A program made the translations under genes and the position numbers. Positions 62,520-64,000 of a stretch of DNA of 64,000 nt are shown here, piece after piece (within the stretch, counting starts at the first letter, position 1; each line of letters begins with the position of its first letter). The stretch spans positions 45,807 through 109,806 of the forward strand of contig NZ_PKUB01000018.1 of the NCBI RefSeq assembly GCF_002868845.1, given 5' to 3'. Source of the stretch: Desulfuromonas sp. (GTDB lineage: Bacteria; Desulfobacterota; Desulfuromonadia; Desulfuromonadales; BM501). Under the pieces are notes generated by a model, which saw only the letters and a list, made by a program, of their open reading frames with translations, made no database searches and was not told where the DNA came from.

Positions 62520-62606
62520 TGAATCCTCCTTCTAAATGTGGATTTTTTTGAAGGTTCCCTTATCTGCTGAGATTTGCCTTATTAACATAGCACATTCCCC
62601 GCCGGA

Positions 62607-64000
62607 CTAACGACGCTCATCAACGGTTTCTTCGGAATCTCCTGAGATGGGCCCATCCTGTGCCCTCATGACCACGAGGGAGACGTCGTCCTGGAAGTTC
62701 TCGGCTCCGCTGAACAGCCGGACCTGGTGAAGCAGGTCGTCGATGATTTGCTGCGGCGAAGCATCTTTCAGCTGCGCCAGGATGGCGAACAGGCGGTCTT
62801 CGCCGAAGAAGTTCCCTTCCTTGTCCATCGCTTCGGTGATGCCGTCCGTGTACAGCAGGAGCAGGTCGCAGGGATCGAGCTGGATCTCATTTTCCTCGAA
62901 AAGAACATCCCGCTTCACCCCCAGGATCAGGCCCTCGGCATCGAGCCGTTCACAGGCCCCGGTTCGGGCCCGCAATACAAGGGGCAGATTGTGCCCAGCG
63001 TTGGCGAAGTGAAGGCGCCGCGTGGCGAGGTGGTATTTCAGGTAAAACATGGTGATGAACAGTTCGGAGCGGGTCAGATCGTCGTAGAAGAATTCGTTGA
63101 GAGCGCACAGGACGTCACTGGCGCTGTGCAGGCTCTGGGCCCTGGCCTTGATGAAGGTTCGGGTTTCGGCCATGATCAGGGCGGCTCCGATGTTGTGGCC
63201 CGAAACGTCGCCGATGACCAGGTCCAGGTAGCCCTCCTCACGGCTGAAGAAATCGTAATAGTCGCCTCCTACCTGGCGTGCCGGGACGCAGATCCCTGCC
63301 AGCCCTACACCTTCGGATTCGGGGACCTTGGCGGGGAGGAGGCTCATCTGGATGGTTTTGGCGATTTGCATCTCTCGTTCGTGCTGCCGGGCTTCTATGA
63401 GCCGCTGGGTCTGTTGCGCGTTGCGCCAGGCGACCCCGATCTGGCTTGCCAGGCTTGCGAAAAGCTCAATGAACTCGCGCCGGAATATGCCCTTGGCCGA
63501 TCGGGAAAAGGCGGAAAGGACCCCGATGGGTTGCCCCTCGATGGTGATCGGGGCGTGGGCCAGCGACTTGATGCCCTCCCGGTGAATGACCTGAGCGGAT
63601 ATCGGCTTGTCCATGAAGTCGGTATCGTTGACCACTACGGGGGAATTGGTCAGGAAGGCGGAACCGATGCAGGTGTTCATGGTCAGTTTGCGTTCGGACT
63701 CGCCCAGATGCTTGGAGGTCATCCCCTTCTGGCCCCTGACCGTCAGGGTGTTCTTCTCTTCGTCCAGAATGCGGATGACCACCAGGTCGAACTTGAACTG
63801 CTGGATAAGCAGTTCGAGGATATTGTCGAGGACCTTCTCCTGGTCGGCCCCGCTGGCAACCGTGCGGGCTGCGTCGTAAAGGACGGCCAGCTGTTCGCGG
63901 CTCGCCTTGCGGGCAATGGTGACAGAACCGAAAATGTCGAAGACATCCTCCATCTGGCTGCCCCGCGTGGCGAGATAGTTTTCGATGATGATTCGAGCCG
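62607..64000 (-). CDS. GAF domain-containing PP2C-type (SpoIIE/RsbU family) serine phosphatase; the 5' end may extend beyond the window
   Basis: A GAF-like region is followed by a PP2C/SpoIIE block (GGDYYDF.......L.IGDVSGH...AAL.MA...........LLLYTDGITEA). The first Met is at 63953, but the frame stays open to the window edge (..IIIENYLATRGSQMEDV..). Confidence 0.8.
   Translation of the reverse strand, partial: ARIIIENYLATRGSQMEDVFDIFGSVTIARKASREQLAVLYDAARTVASGADQEKVLDNILELLIQQFKFDLVVIRILDEEKNTLTVRGQKGMTSKHLGESERKLTMNTCIGSAFLTNSPVVVNDTDFMDKPISAQVIHREGIKSLAHAPITIEGQPIGVLSAFSRSAKGIFRREFIELFASLASQIGVAWRNAQQTQRLIEARQHEREMQIAKTIQMSLLPAKVPESEGVGLAGICVPARQVGGDYYDFFSREEGYLDLVIGDVSGHNIGAALIMAETRTFIKARAQSLHSASDVLCALNEFFYDDLTRSELFITMFYLKYHLATRRLHFANAGHNLPLVLRARTGACERLDAEGLILGVKRDVLFEENEIQLDPCDLLLLYTDGITEAMDKEGNFFGEDRLFAILAQLKDASPQQIIDDLLHQVRLFSGAENFQDDVSLVVMRAQDGPISGDSEETVDERR

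Overview
High-GC chromosomal segment whose gene content and synteny look like a Desulfuromonadales/Geobacter-type deltaproteobacterium. This is inferred from gene order and regulatory RNA types, not from a database hit. Most genes are on the + strand and are housekeeping: frr; uppS-cdsA-dxr-rseP-tsaB; ilvD-ilvB-ilvN; psd-pssA; T-box leader-leuA-leuC-leuD; leuB-asd-asd; ecfT-truA; usp; rplM-rpsI; argC; queA-tgt-yajC-secD-secF; recJ; pheA-tyrA-aroA-cmk-ispH-rpsA-sppA-ihfB; lgt. There is also an RsbU/V/W-like partner-switching module. Main observations: (1) A ~10.7 kb module lies between leuD and leuB. It encodes a ~2,768-aa secreted cadherin/Ig-repeat protein ending in a dockerin-type double Ca-loop, followed by a lipoprotein with a cohesin-like C-terminal region. 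Its leader looks like a GEMM-I cyclic-dinucleotide riboswitch plus terminator. (2) A long-form (class II) ilvC with divergent ilvY sits between frr and uppS, while a frameshifted relic of the class I ilvC 3' end remains between ilvN and psd. (3) ilvD and cmk each contain one in-frame TAG followed by conserved in-frame C-terminal coding sequence. (4) A Leu (CUC) T-box leader precedes leuA. (5) Two structurally different asd genes sit in tandem. (6) An HD-GYP protein has a periplasmic CXXCH motif. (7) An AT-richer ~0.7 kb gap has no credible gene. All calls come from reading the translations and sequence by eye. RNA-element boundaries and several start codons are approximate.
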